Notes under the pieces: model-generated
The model's input: only the letters and a program-made list of their open reading frames with translations
Database searches by the model: none
What the model was told of the DNA's origin: nothing
Assembly: GCF_006345805.1 (NCBI RefSeq)
Contig: NC_043006.1
Span: forward strand, 21,266,001-21,330,000
Direction: 5' to 3'
Source of the DNA: Octopus sinensis
Taxonomy: Eukaryota
DNA length: 64,000 nucleotides
Translations under genes and position numbers: made by a program
In this document: piece after piece, positions 1-12,794 of the stretch
Numbering within the stretch: the first letter of the stretch is position 1
Layout: each line of letters begins with the position of its first letter

Positions 1-75
1 TATATATATATATATCGTCATTAAATCATAAATCCGAAATATTTATACTTAGAGTATATATATATATATATATAT

Positions 76-820
76 CAGAGTCGACTCCAGGTCATCAGCT
101 TCACTGGGACTCATAACGGATTTCGTCACACGGGCTTATTACAGATTTCGCATAAGACACTCGAGGAATTTCACGTTTTTCTGCTTTATTCCTAGCCCTA
201 AATGGCTTATTTTTTTTATATCTAGCACTGTCTTTCTCTATTTCTAAGTTAAGAGTAAAAATTAAACAACCCTACAAAACACAACTGATCTTTACACACA
301 GACACACAGAATAACGGTAGTCAAAAACGTCAGCGGAGTGCACAACAAACATCAGCGATCTGACTTTCGCCTGTACTCTTGACAAGTGATGCCATTTAGT
401 CTTTTATACCTACCAAGCTCGTTCGTATTAGCCCGAGTTGCTGGATAAATTTTCGTTCCTTTAAGAATATTGTAGAACGGAAAATTTTCATAGACTGGAA
501 TTTAAATCCTAATCTCTACAGAAATTTATTGTTTCAAGAAAACTTTGAATTTGAATTACTTTTAATTTCTACGATCATAGATAACAACTCGGGCTGTAAC
601 GTCTGAGCCCGGGTCGGGCGGGTTTGAATGATGTCGAGAGAATGTCTGCTACAAATATTTTTTGACACAGGGCACCTCTAAGATGACCACCAGACGCTGA
701 ACTGCGACCAGGCTCAATAAAAAGAGCCCGAGGTATTGGCTGCAATAACATACTTGCAAATACTCGCTCACTTTATTAAATTTATACTCGAGCTAAACCC
801 GAGTGCCCGAGTTGCCACTG
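76..820. mobile_element. Possible non-autonomous DNA-transposon remnant between (TA)n tracts
   Basis: Ends CAGAGTCGACTCCAGG and (reverse complement) CAGTGGCAACTCGGG are only loosely similar; motif CCCGAGTTG or its complement recurs at 432-440, 585-593 and 806-814. Confidence 0.3.
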
Positions 821-1094
821 ATATATATATATATATTCTTTTATTTATATTAAGGGCATTACTATACATAAATGACTCGCGCTTGCAGGGTCTCTTACAG
901 TCAAAACTACCATAATATATAAACACATTGTACCGAACTCGAGGGAATGCAACTCTCGAAGCAAGCATTTTCAATACAGAATTCAGCTGCATATTATATG
1001 ATTTCATAATTAGCGCACAAAATGCACTTTTTAATCGTCAGTCCAAGCATAATTCAAGATGCATAAAAATGTATCTTATATATAATTTTTCAAT

Positions 1095-1140
<46 letters not shown>

Positions 1141-1185
1141 GTGTGTGTCTGTGTGTCTGTGTGTATGATATAATATAATATAATA

Positions 1186-2395
1186 TCTGTATCTATAAAA
1201 GGCATGATGTGTGTGTTTGTGTGTGTGTGTATATGTAATTGTCATGTATGCACGTCCATAAATTAGCACGCATGTCGCTCCACGTTTAGGAGGACATTCG
1301 TCAACATCCTACCTGGGTTTTGTCAACTTATTTTTTTCCCGAGGCACCCGCGGATAGCGGTAAAAATCTAATTTCAGCCATAGCTTTTACCTATTTTGAA
1401 GGTTGCTAACATGAGTTAAGTCCCTTCTAGCCATAGCCAAGCGAAAGTGTGTGTGTGTGAGGGAGAGAGAGAAGTTGTGTGTTGATGTATGTGTGTGTGT
1501 GTGTATGTGAGGGAGAGAGAGTGTTTCACAACGTCTAACAAAAGAAGTAAAGAAAAAGTATGTGTAAGGAAGAGTGGGGGATAGTTTGACAGCGTCTAAC
1601 AAAAAAAAAACAGGGTAAAGAAAAGTGGAAGAGAGGTAGAGGATTTGACAGAGTCTAACAAAAAAGGTAATGACAAAGTGAGAGAGAGAAAGAGAGGGAG
1701 AGTTTGACAGTGTTCATAAAAATGAAATGTAAAATGTTTTGTTTTTTTCTTAAACACGAGATATAGTGTTCAAATTTAGGATATTTTTGACACTATTTTA
1801 TAATCAGATTAGATATACTTTCTCACACAATAATTACAATATATTTATTTTCAATCATTTATTTATTTCAAATCGTTCATCTTTCTTCCCCCCTCTCTCT
1901 CTCTCATACACGTTGCTTTGGGTGCGAAAGAGTTTTGTTTTTATTTTAAGCCGAGTAAAAAAGTGTTTTGCTGAGAATCAATTTATTTAACAACAAAGAA
2001 ATAAAGAGGTAGGTAAAAGTTTGTCAGTGAATTACACAATATATATGGGTACGATTTCCGAGGCTTCCAGCACACCCCACTCCGTTTTACGGACCACAAA
2101 AAGGGTTTTGTATCATATTAGGAGGCCAGAGTAGTTGATTCCAAACAAGAAAACCGATTTTATTTTCTTAATGAAAGTCGTGCGAGTGTTGATCTACAAA
2201 TTTACCAACATTTTTGCCATTCATTTCTGTTTATGAACATCTATGCGTGCAAAAAATGTATGCAATATATATAAACCAATTTCAACAGATTTCGCCCAAA
2301 TTTGACGTCGATATTACTTAGTTTGGTTTGAAATAAAACTTGATTAGCTTAATAATCGTAACTTAATCCCGGGCAAGGCCGGGTTATAGTGTTAG
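1186..2395 (+). mobile_element. Non-autonomous Helitron
   Basis: 5' TCTGTATCTATAAAAG, 3' hairpin CCCGGGCAAGGCCGGG (2368-2383) then TTAG end, inserted between A and T with no TSD; internal degenerate ~60-bp repeats around 1500-1720. Confidence 0.75.
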
Positions 2396-3151
2396 TAATA
2401 TAATATAATATGTATATATATTCGTGTGTTTGTGTGTGCATCGCAACATGTTTGTGTATGACGCATTCTGTATTATATTCTTGGATATTTGTGGCTAAGA
2501 AATGAGGTCTATCTTTCTTTTTATTATCAATTTGATATCAGCAAGTCACCCCTTCAAATCGCACTCAAGTTTTCTTTGCTTTAACGGTGTATCGAAAGTC
2601 TTTGGTTAAAGTTCTTGTACTGCTGTTAAAATACTACTATTCTCAGGTCAGTTCCGTTGTTTTCGTCTTTCGGAGCGGAATATATTTATTTATTTATTCA
2701 TTCTTGCATGGAACTTTCTGGTAGAAATGTGATTGTTTTTATCACATAATTCTGCCAAATGATTTTTCCTTCGTTTAATGTTGAATGTCTAAAGCTTATC
2801 CGCTGCACGTTATGTATGCGAAAAAATAAAATGATGCTCCAAAAAATCTCTGTCATTGTTTTGAAAAGTTTTATAAGAAAACAATATGTGATTATATGAG
2901 GCACAATATATTTTACATTTGTGTCTACGCTATCTTAGATTTATATACATACTGATTTGCAAATCCCAATTGCCTTCCATATTTATGCATACTATCTTAC
3001 ATATTTTCATATATACACTTCATACCTGTATATATATTGGTTTACATTTGTATACATAGCACCATATATATTTTACACACTGTGTCGTGTCCTTATGTAT
3101 AAAGTTGTAAATCGTTCATATCCTTAGCTTTGATCTATGTAAATTTTCTTA

Positions 3152-3373
3152 TCTCTTTATTACCCACAAGGGGCTAAATATAGAGGGGGAAAACAAGGAC
3201 AAACAAACGTATTAATTAGATTATATCGACCCCAGTGCGTAACTGGTACTTATTTAATCGACCCCAAAAGGATGAAAGACAAAGTCGACCTCAGTGGAAT
3301 TTGAACTTAGAACGTAAAATCGGATGAAATGCTGCAAAGCACGGCGTGATAACGATCTTGATAGTTCGCCGCC
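3152..3373 (-). mobile_element. SINE family 2 (GGCGGCGAGCTGGCAGAA head), diverged
   Basis: Colinear with the intact copy at 17087-17323. Confidence 0.85.
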
Positions 3374-3390
3374 TCCATATAAGTTTAAAT

Positions 3391-3760
3391 GGAGGCGCAA
3401 TGGCCCAGTGGTTAGGGTAGCGGACTCGCGGTCGTAGGATCGCGGTTTCAATTCCCAGACCGGGCGTTGTGAGTGTTTATTGAGCGAAAACACCTAAAGC
3501 TCCACGAGGCTCCGGCAGGGATGGTGGTGATCCCTGCTGTTCTCTTTCACCACAACTTTCTCTCACTCTTACTTCCTGTTTCTGTTGTACCTGTATTTCA
3601 AAGGGCCGGCCTTGTCACTCTCTGAATATCCCCGAGAACTACGTTAAGGGTACACGTGTCTGTGGAGTGCTCAGCCACTTACACGTTAATTTCACGAGCA
3701 GGCTGTTCCGTTGATCGGATCAACCGGAACCCTCATCGTCGTAACCGACGGAGTGCTTCC
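3391..3760 (+). mobile_element. SINE family 3 (GGAGGCGCAATGGCCCAGTGG head), full length
   Basis: tRNA-like A box TGGCCCAGTGG and B box GGTTTCAATTCCC; 12-bp TSD ATAAGTTTAAAT at 3379-3390 and 3761-3772. Confidence 0.95.
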
Positions 3761-4013
3761 ATAAGTTTAAATTCTGATGAAATTTGCTACGCTTTTAATT
3801 GATTTCGTTAAATAACATTCATTGTTGTTATTTTAACAACCTCGAATTAAATCAATCTTAATGGAAGGGTGCGTGATAAAAGGGAATCTAACCGTGGCCA
3901 TCCATATTTTTAGCAGTACCAGAATTATATTATCAAATGCGTTCTTTTTGAAATACGCTGAAGTGCATTAAAAAGAGTATTTGGCTACTGTTTCTAGTAA
4001 ATGAAACGATCTG

Positions 4014-4562
4014 CTAGAAATACGCAAAGACGCCTACGTTAGCTCGTGTAAATACAATTACGCTCTGCAGTAGAATCCATCGACTATAATCGTTCTTTAA
4101 AATTCGTCGCTTTAAGTCTATGTTAGAAATCTTTCCTTTTATAAGATAAGACCAATAAATCTCTGTTGCGCGGGGAAAACACCGAGAGAATGGCACATAT
4201 GTTTGATAAGCATTTGCCGTCAAATGGCTGAGAGTGAACATGGGATAATGCAGTAAAATTGATTTTAATTTGAGATCTATGAGTAAATATATGGACTCAG
4301 AAAGAGAGTAAATTTGAGATAAGGCTGATACATTTAATATAATTGACTGTAAAGATCTCAAAATTAGTTGGGATTCAATATCAGCTGTGACAATATTATA
4401 AGGAATATAAAAATGAGTTATGATTGTCGTGGAAGACAAGGCCGGATTATCTGGAATTACCATTATAGAAATACCTGAGGAAACAAGAATGACGATGCAG
4501 TAACACAAGAGATCAGAAAAATATCTGTAAAAATAGAGCTGCAGCACAAATGATGGTAGGAT
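4014..4562 (-). other. Unassigned stop-free frame of 183 codons, possible exon
   Basis: Open frame in non-repetitive AT-rich DNA, preceded by acceptor-like TTACTTTTTGTATAG; no recognisable homology. Confidence 0.25.
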
Positions 4563-4657
4563 CTATACAAAAAGTAACAGTGACTGTTAACTTATGAACT
4601 AAGCCACAGAGAGTTTCATAAAAATTACTTTGTTAAAGTCAGATTTTATTGATATAA

Positions 4658-5072
4658 CTAGCAGCATAGCCCGGCGTTGCCCGGGTATGTAAGAGCCCCT
4701 AGTAGGCAACGACTAATCCCAATCTAGTTCTTTCCCTCTAGGGAACGAAGGCGCATGTGTAGGTTACAATGTCTTCTCTTCACTCGAATACTTCTATGTT
4801 CCTAGCTGTCTCCCGATTGCAAGTTGCGAAAACTACAACAGAAAATGTGTTGCATATAAAAAGCTTAGATTCTCGACCCCATGTCGAATTTATCGATCTT
4901 TTTCAGAACTGGGGGAACTTTTCAAAATTTTCGCTGCGTTAGTTTTGAATTATGACATTGGGCTACGTGTGTGTCAAGTTTCATCAGAATCGGTTGAAAG
5001 CCGTGGTCAGAGTGAGGGTACAACCTGACAGACACACACAAACAGACAAACTGCCGTTTATATATAGAAAGA
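4658..5072 (-). mobile_element. Short non-autonomous Helitron
   Basis: On the minus strand: 5' TCTTTCTATATATAAAC, 3' hairpin CCCGGGCAACGCCGGG then CTAG, A|T insertion site. Confidence 0.85.
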
Positions 5073-5325
5073 TTTTATATATAGAAAGTCACTATACCTA
5101 TAAGTTGACCCATCCGATATACAACAAAATCTGCCTCAACACTTGAGTTCACGCCAAGAATCTTGCAAACCAAATACAAAAATGAATTAGTGATAACAGT
5201 ATTAGAAAATGCATTAATGTGAAATCCAAAAGTGGGAAGATTTAATTAAGATAGCATAAAACAAAAATCGTGAAAGGAAGGGAAGATTGTGAAGCTCAAA
5301 CATAAGATTCCTGAGTATGAAAGTG

Positions 5326-5659
5326 GTTGTTGGGACTCCGGCAGTTACGACGTCGAGGGTTCCAGTTGATACGATAACAGCCTGGTCGTGAAATTAACGT
5401 ACAAGTGTCTGAGCACTCTACAGACACGTGTACCCTTAATGGCCCTTTGAAATACAATTACAACAGAAACAGGAAGAAAGAATGAGAGAAAGTTGTGGTG
5501 AAAGAGTACAGCAGGGTTCGCCAACATCCCCTGCCGGAGCCTTGTGGAGCTTTAGCTGTTTTCGCTCAATAAACACTCACAACGCCCAGTCTGGGAATCG
5601 AAACTGCCATCCTACCACCGCGAGTCCACTGCCCTAACCACTGGGCCATTGCGCCTCCA
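5326..5659 (-). mobile_element. SINE family 3, internally deleted
   Basis: Matches 3391-3760; 15-bp TSD CTGAGTATGAAAGTG at 5311-5325 and 5660-5674. Confidence 0.95.
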
Positions 5660-5845
5660 CTGAGTATGAAAGTGCAGAATGAATTTCCGTGTTACTGCTA
5701 AACTTGGCCTCTGAAGAAAAGAATAAACAAAAGTATCACGAACCTTATTTGGACCAAAGAGTGGAAGGAAGGGAAGATTTAGTTTTAGACAGTTCTCTAA
5801 GGAAAGGATCTGCATAAAAATGTTTTGGCGAACTATGAATGGTGT

Positions 5846-6170
<325 letters not shown>

Positions 6171-6333
6171 CATCCATCCATGAATTTATTTATTTATTAA
6201 TTTTTAAATACATATTTTATCTGTGAATTTGCGCGTGTAATCTGGGAATGCATACAATGCCCTTCTCTGCCCTAGGTGTATGGAAAACACTCGGCGAGAA
6301 ACGGAAGAAAATTTGAAGAAAGAAGGAAAAAAC

Positions 6334-6377
<44 letters not shown>

Positions 6378-6480
6378 CTTTTCTACTATAAGCACAAGGC
6401 CTGAAATTTATGGGGTGGGAGATAATCGATTACATCGACCCCAATACTCAACTGGTACTTATTCTGTCGATCACGAAACG
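6378..6480 (-). mobile_element. 3' fragment of an older family 2-related SINE next to (TAA)n
   Basis: GCACAAGGCC...GATTACATCGACCCC...CTGGTACTTATT matches the tail type at 26757 and 51901. Confidence 0.65.
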
Positions 6481-7065
6481 GCTCAAATTTCAGAGCGGAG
6501 TACTTTTATCATAAAATGACCGTCTTCTATTATAATTACATTCGCTTCTTCGTTGTTGTTTTAAAGGAATATTAAATTGTTCTCATAAATAATCGAGATT
6601 GCAACGATGAAAATTACATTTGACCTGCGCAGGATTCTCTCTCGGAACGTAAAGGACTGCTACTAAGTACATTATCTCAACCTTCTGGCGATGCCGGATA
6701 TCCATTCATTTCGTTCTAATATTTCTTTGCATTTTATTTGACACCTGATTTCCTTAACACCTCTTTCTCACTCGCGATTATGACTTGGTATGTTGCCACG
6801 CATTCGCTACTTGCTTTAGGTACCTTTGTTGACGAAAACAGAAATGGTCCACCCATCCCTGATCCAGGTTGTCACAGCTGGTAAAGGACAGAGGTGCGCC
6901 AGCAGTCAATTGGTACTCGTATTCAGCTGGGTAGACGATAGCAAACATAAAATTATGTGCCTTCCTCAAACAAAAATATACTGCCTCGTCCATAAATTGA
7001 AACTAAGCTCTTATGATCATGAGACAAACGTTGTAAACATTAAACAATATGCGTTCGCAAAATTC

Positions 7066-7480
7066 AGATCTTTTCGGTTTGAACGGCAGTTTTTTAAAAT
7101 AATTTCCACATAACTAAACACTTTTAAACTTCGTATACTGGTAGAATGTGTTTATAAAACATCTTTTTCTCTTGGCTTTATTGAGAAAATTCTATAGTTT
7201 GTAAGATATTTGTTATTTTTTTCTTCAATTTCTGCAATTTCAACCAATCAGTGACGTCTATTGAGTTAAAAAGCATTCTGTGCAGTATGAATATGTTCCT
7301 CGTTTAAGAAACAGATTGGGTTTATTTATATTTCTGAAGAAAAAAATATACCCTTCCCCTACCCTAACCCTAACCCGAAAAGAGATTGAAATGCAATAGA
7401 TCGATTCTAGGGTCATAATTATGGGTGACAATTTCATATGACACCACTAGAAAAAACTGCCGTTCAAACCGAAAAGATCC
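7066..7480. mobile_element. Merlin-like MITE, copy 1
   Basis: ~30-bp TIR GATCTTTTCGGTTTGAACGGCAGTTTTTT; 8-bp TSD CAAAATTC/TAAAATTC (7058-7065, 7481-7488); internal CCCTAA repeats. Confidence 0.8.
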
Positions 7481-7621
7481 TAAAATTCGTATAAACAGCG
7501 ATAAATATGAGTGTAAGAATAAGCAAAACGAAGTTATATTTAAACGAAGGGTTGGGGTAAAAGTGTTATTAGTTTTAATTACAAAAAGTTATTTTAATGG
7601 AACACACACGCATACACACTC

Positions 7622-7688
7622 ACATACATACATACATACATACATACATACATACATACATACATACATACATACATACATACATACA
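7622..7688. repeat. (CATA)n microsatellite
   Basis: Read directly; abuts the 5' junction of the LINE fragment at 7704. Confidence 0.97.
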
Positions 7689-7703
7689 CACAAACAAACA
7701 TAC

Positions 7704-7920
7704 ATGAAACACACTGCCTAAATACCGATCTTGAGAAATTAGACTTCACAAAACCAGAAAGGAGAAAGCTGATTCGGAGACTACAATCCAAGCCATCACT
7801 GGGACTGTAAAAATTTGTATAAACTTCGAGAAGTTTATCATTTAAGTATATATGAGCATGTCTAGATATGCAAGCATATACATGAGAAGATATACACAAA
7901 GCAAAGCATACAAATATGCA
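7704..7920 (+). mobile_element. 3' end of an R4/Dong-clade non-LTR retrotransposon (CATA-associated lineage)
   Basis: Translates HCLNTDLEKLDFTKPERRKLIRRLQ..ITGTVKIC.NFEKFII* (stop 7843-7845); same C-terminus and 3' UTR as the copy ending at 13392; CATA repeats on both sides. Confidence 0.8.
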
Positions 7921-8273
7921 CATATACATACGTACATACATACAAAAATGCACTGTTTTTGTTGAAATTTCAGTTAAGGAGCTTTGGCTCTCGGTTAGAA
8001 ACCGGCTCTTTCTTTATTGGCAAGAACTCTTGAGATAAAACTGAATAATGGCATACAAATTTTTGGAATTACCATAAAACCAGTTACTGATATTTTAGAT
8101 ATTAGTAATTGGCTTTAAAACATACGTTTCAAATAACTACGTAGCAAAGTTTTTACATAGGTACTATTATCATCAGTTCATTAAAAGCCAAATACATTAA
8201 GGGAATCTAGTTCGGCCTTATATACATAAAACAAGGTTTAAAGAAAGTCACATAATACAATAGAAAACAGCCA

Positions 8274-8690
8274 GGATCTTTTCAGTTTGAACGGCAGTTT
8301 TTTCTAGCGGTGTCATATGAAATTGTCACCCATAATTATGACCCTAGTATCGATCTATTGCATTTCAATCTAGTTTAGGGTTAGGGTTAGGGGTTGGGGA
8401 AGAGTATCTTTTTTTTCTTCACAAATGTAAATAAACCCAATCTGTTTCTTAAACGAGGGACATATTCATACGGCACAGAATGTTGTTTACCTCAATAGAC
8501 GTCAGTTATTGGTTGAAATTGCAGAAATTGAAGAAAAAAACAACAAATATCTTACAAACTATAGAATTTTCTCAATAAAGCCAAGAGAAAAAGATGTTTT
8601 ACAAACACATTCTACCAGCATATGAAGTTTAAATTATTTTAGTTACCTAGAAATTATGTTAAAAACTGCCGTTCAAACCGAAAAAGATCC
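8274..8690. mobile_element. Merlin-like MITE, copy 2 (inverted relative to copy 1)
   Basis: GG-terminal TIR; perfect 8-bp TSD AACAGCCA at 8266-8273 and 8691-8698; internal TTAGGG repeats. Confidence 0.85.
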
Positions 8691-8782
8691 AACAGCCATA
8701 GAAATAAAAGCAATCTAGATTTTCTGATATAAAAAATGCAAATTATAAAAGAAAAAGACGAGAGTATTATCATACTCTGCAC

Positions 8783-9326
8783 CAGTGTTTCCTAAACTTT
8801 TTCTGACTGCCACCCCATTGTCGCACAGACCACATTCTAACGCACCCTCCCACACACACAAGACCACCACCACCACCACCACCACAACAAACCTACACCT
8901 ATCTCTATTGCAAATTAAAAACAACTGCATTTCACAAACATAATTAACCCGTAATTTTTCTGTATTTACAATGTGAAAAAGTTCTTGTCATTATTATTGT
9001 TGACGTTGTTTTTGCTTAGTGTCATGTTTTCGAAAATCTAAGGAATTCCCACGGTAATATAATGACCACCTTCGCTGGCAAAGTTTTGGGGGTTTTCCTT
9101 ATTTTTGTTCTGTATACTTGTTTCAAGAAAACGGGTAACATTTTGTAGATCCATTTTTGAATGCTACCTTCTCAACCTGAGTGCACCATTGCAAAATAGA
9201 GGAAGACATTGCCATCCAGTGCCCCACGTTTAGTCACCTCGTTATCGCTCCATTTTTTCTCAACGCCCCCGTGGACTTTTCGACTGCCTCCCAGAGAGGC
9301 GTTACTGTTCACTCTGGGAACCAATG
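8783..9326. mobile_element. hAT-type non-autonomous element
   Basis: Imperfect TIRs CAGTGTTTCCTAAACT and (rc) CATTGGTTCCCAGAGT; perfect 8-bp TSD CTCTGCAC at 8775-8782 and 9327-9334. Confidence 0.8.
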
Positions 9327-9904
9327 CTCTGCACCTTTGCACGTGCATCTCTGCTAAGTTTCATAAAATATATCCATTTTGAGGGCAGTTGAGCGGAAAC
9401 AATGAAGTGAGAGGACGAATAGATCTGAAGTATAGGTACATCTAAATTTGTATTCAATACAAACTATTAAAAAACAGATACACAATTTTAAATTTCTAAA
9501 TAAAAGGAAGAACATTATGATGAAATTTAGAATTAATATGGCAGATATAATGAAGAATATGCTGCTTGATTTATTGAAGAGAATATTTGCTTGTTATTGT
9601 ATTTTATTCTATGAGTGAAAGTAAGGGAAATAGAGCATAAATTCGAACGCCTAATATATTTCTGTATATTCTGACGCACAGTGGGTAATATGATAAGAAA
9701 CGAGTATTAGGAGAAAAACTTGACAACCAAAAATGTATTAAACTCATGGTTTTAAAACTTCAAGTATAAATCAAAGTATCAGTGTATGTGCTATAATAAA
9801 CATTAAGGACATATGTCCTTCCAAATTCTTGTGTGTAACATTTCTTTAGTCATACACACACGCACACACCACACACACACACATACACATATACACATAT
9901 TTTT

Positions 9905-9953
<49 letters not shown>

Positions 9954-10200
9954 ATAATATATATATATATAATATATATATATAGTTTTTATTATGTGAA
10001 TCATTTATTGATACAAGCAAACACATGCGCGCGCACTCACACACACACACCACACACACACACTCATGCACGCACAAGCACTCATATAATTTAAATATGG
10101 CACAAACATATTTTAAAGGAAATTTAAGAATGTGATGGGAGGATTCAATACTAAGAGTAGAGTCAAATTTATTGTGAAATTGGTTGACGAGGACTGCAGA

Positions 10201-12794
10201 ACACATACATACATACATGCATACATACATACAATACATGCATACATACATACATACAATACATGCATACATACATACAATACATCCATACATACATACA
10301 TACAATACATACATACATGCATACATACATACATACATTACATACATACAATACATACATACATGCATACATACATACATACAATACATACATACATGCA
10401 TACATACATATATACAATACATGCATACATACATACATACATACATACATACATACATGCATACATACATACAATACATGCATACATACATACAATACAT
10501 GCATACATACATACATACATACAATACATGCATGCATACATACATACAATACATGCATACATACATACATACATACATACATACATACAATACATGCATG
10601 CATACATACATACAATACATGCATACATACATACATACATACATACATACAATACATACATACATACATACATACATACATACATACATACATACAATAC
10701 ATGCATGCATACATACATACAATACATGCATACATACATACATACATACATACATACATACATACATACAATACATGCATGCATACATACATACAATACA
10801 TGCATACATACATACATACATACATACATACATACATACATACATACATACATACATACATACATACATACATACAATACATGCATACATACATACATAC
10901 AATACATACATACATGCATACATACATACATACATACATATATACAATACATGCATACATACATACATGCATACATACATACATACATGCATACATACAT
11001 ACATACACATACATACATGCATACATACATACAATACATACATACATGCATACATACATATATACAATACATGCATACATACATACATGCATGCATACAT
11101 ACATACATGCATACATACATACATACACATACATACATACATGCATACATACATACGTACATACATACATACATACATACATGCATACATATATACGTAC
11201 ATACGTACATACATACATACATAGATACATACATACATGCATGCATACGTACATGCATACATACATACATACACACACATACATACATACATACATGCAT
11301 GCATACAATACATGCATGCATACGTACATACATACATGCATACATACATACATGCATACATACATACATACATACATACATACAATACATGCATACATAC
11401 ATATATACAATACATGCATACATGCATACATGCATGCATACATACATACGTACATACATACATACATACATACATACATGCATACATACATACATACATA
11501 CATACATGCATACGTGCATACATACATACATACATACATGCATGCATACATGCATACATACATACATACATGCATACATACATACATACATGCATGCATA
11601 CATGCATACATACATGCATACATACATACATACATGCATGCATACATGCATACATACATACATACATGCATACATACATACATACATACATACATACATA
11701 CATACATGCATACATGCATACATACATACATACAGACATGCATGCATACATACATACATACATGCATACATACATACATACATACATGCATACATACATA
11801 CATACATACATACATACAAGCATGCATACATACATACATACATGCATACATACATATATACAATACATGCATACATACATACATACATACATGCATGCAT
11901 CATACATACATACATACATGCATACATGCATACATACATACATACATACATACATACATGCATGCATGCATACATACATACATACATACATACATACATA
12001 CATGCATACATACATACATACATGCATACATACATACATACATACATACATACATACATACATACATACATACATACATGCATGCATACATACATACAAT
12101 ACATGCATACATACATATATACAATACATGCATACATGCATACATGCATGCATACATACATGCATACATACATACATACATACATGCATACATACATACA
12201 TACATACATACATGCATGCATACATACATACATACATACATACATACATACATACATACATACATGCATACATACATACATACGTACATACATACATACA
12301 TACATACATACATGCATACATATATACATACATACATACATGCATGCATACATACATACATATATGCATACATACATATATACAATACATGCATACATAC
12401 ATACATGCATGCATACATACATGCATACATACATACATACACATACATACATGCATACATACATACATACATACATACATACATACATGCATACATATAT
12501 ACGTACATACGTACATACATACATACATAGATACATACATACATGCATGCATACGTACATGCATACATACATACATACACACACATGCATACATACATAC
12601 ATACATGCATGCATACATACATGCATGCATACGTACATACATACATGCATACATACATACAATACATGCATACATACGTACATACATACATACGTACATA
12701 CGTACATACATACATACATACATACATACATACATGCATACATACATGCATGCATATATACATGCATACATACATACATACATACATACATACA
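10201..12794. repeat. 2.6-kb (CATA)n array with CATG, CAATA, CGTA and TATA variants
   Basis: Read directly; accounts for all the very long ORFs called over 9850-12829. Confidence 0.98.

Noticed and set aside
3391-3465. tRNA genes at SINE heads
   Set aside because: A and B boxes continue into SINE bodies bounded by TSDs, and no complete cloverleaf could be folded.
8375-8395. Telomere or interstitial telomeric array
   Set aside because: Only about three TTAGGG units, located inside a MITE and mirrored in its second copy.
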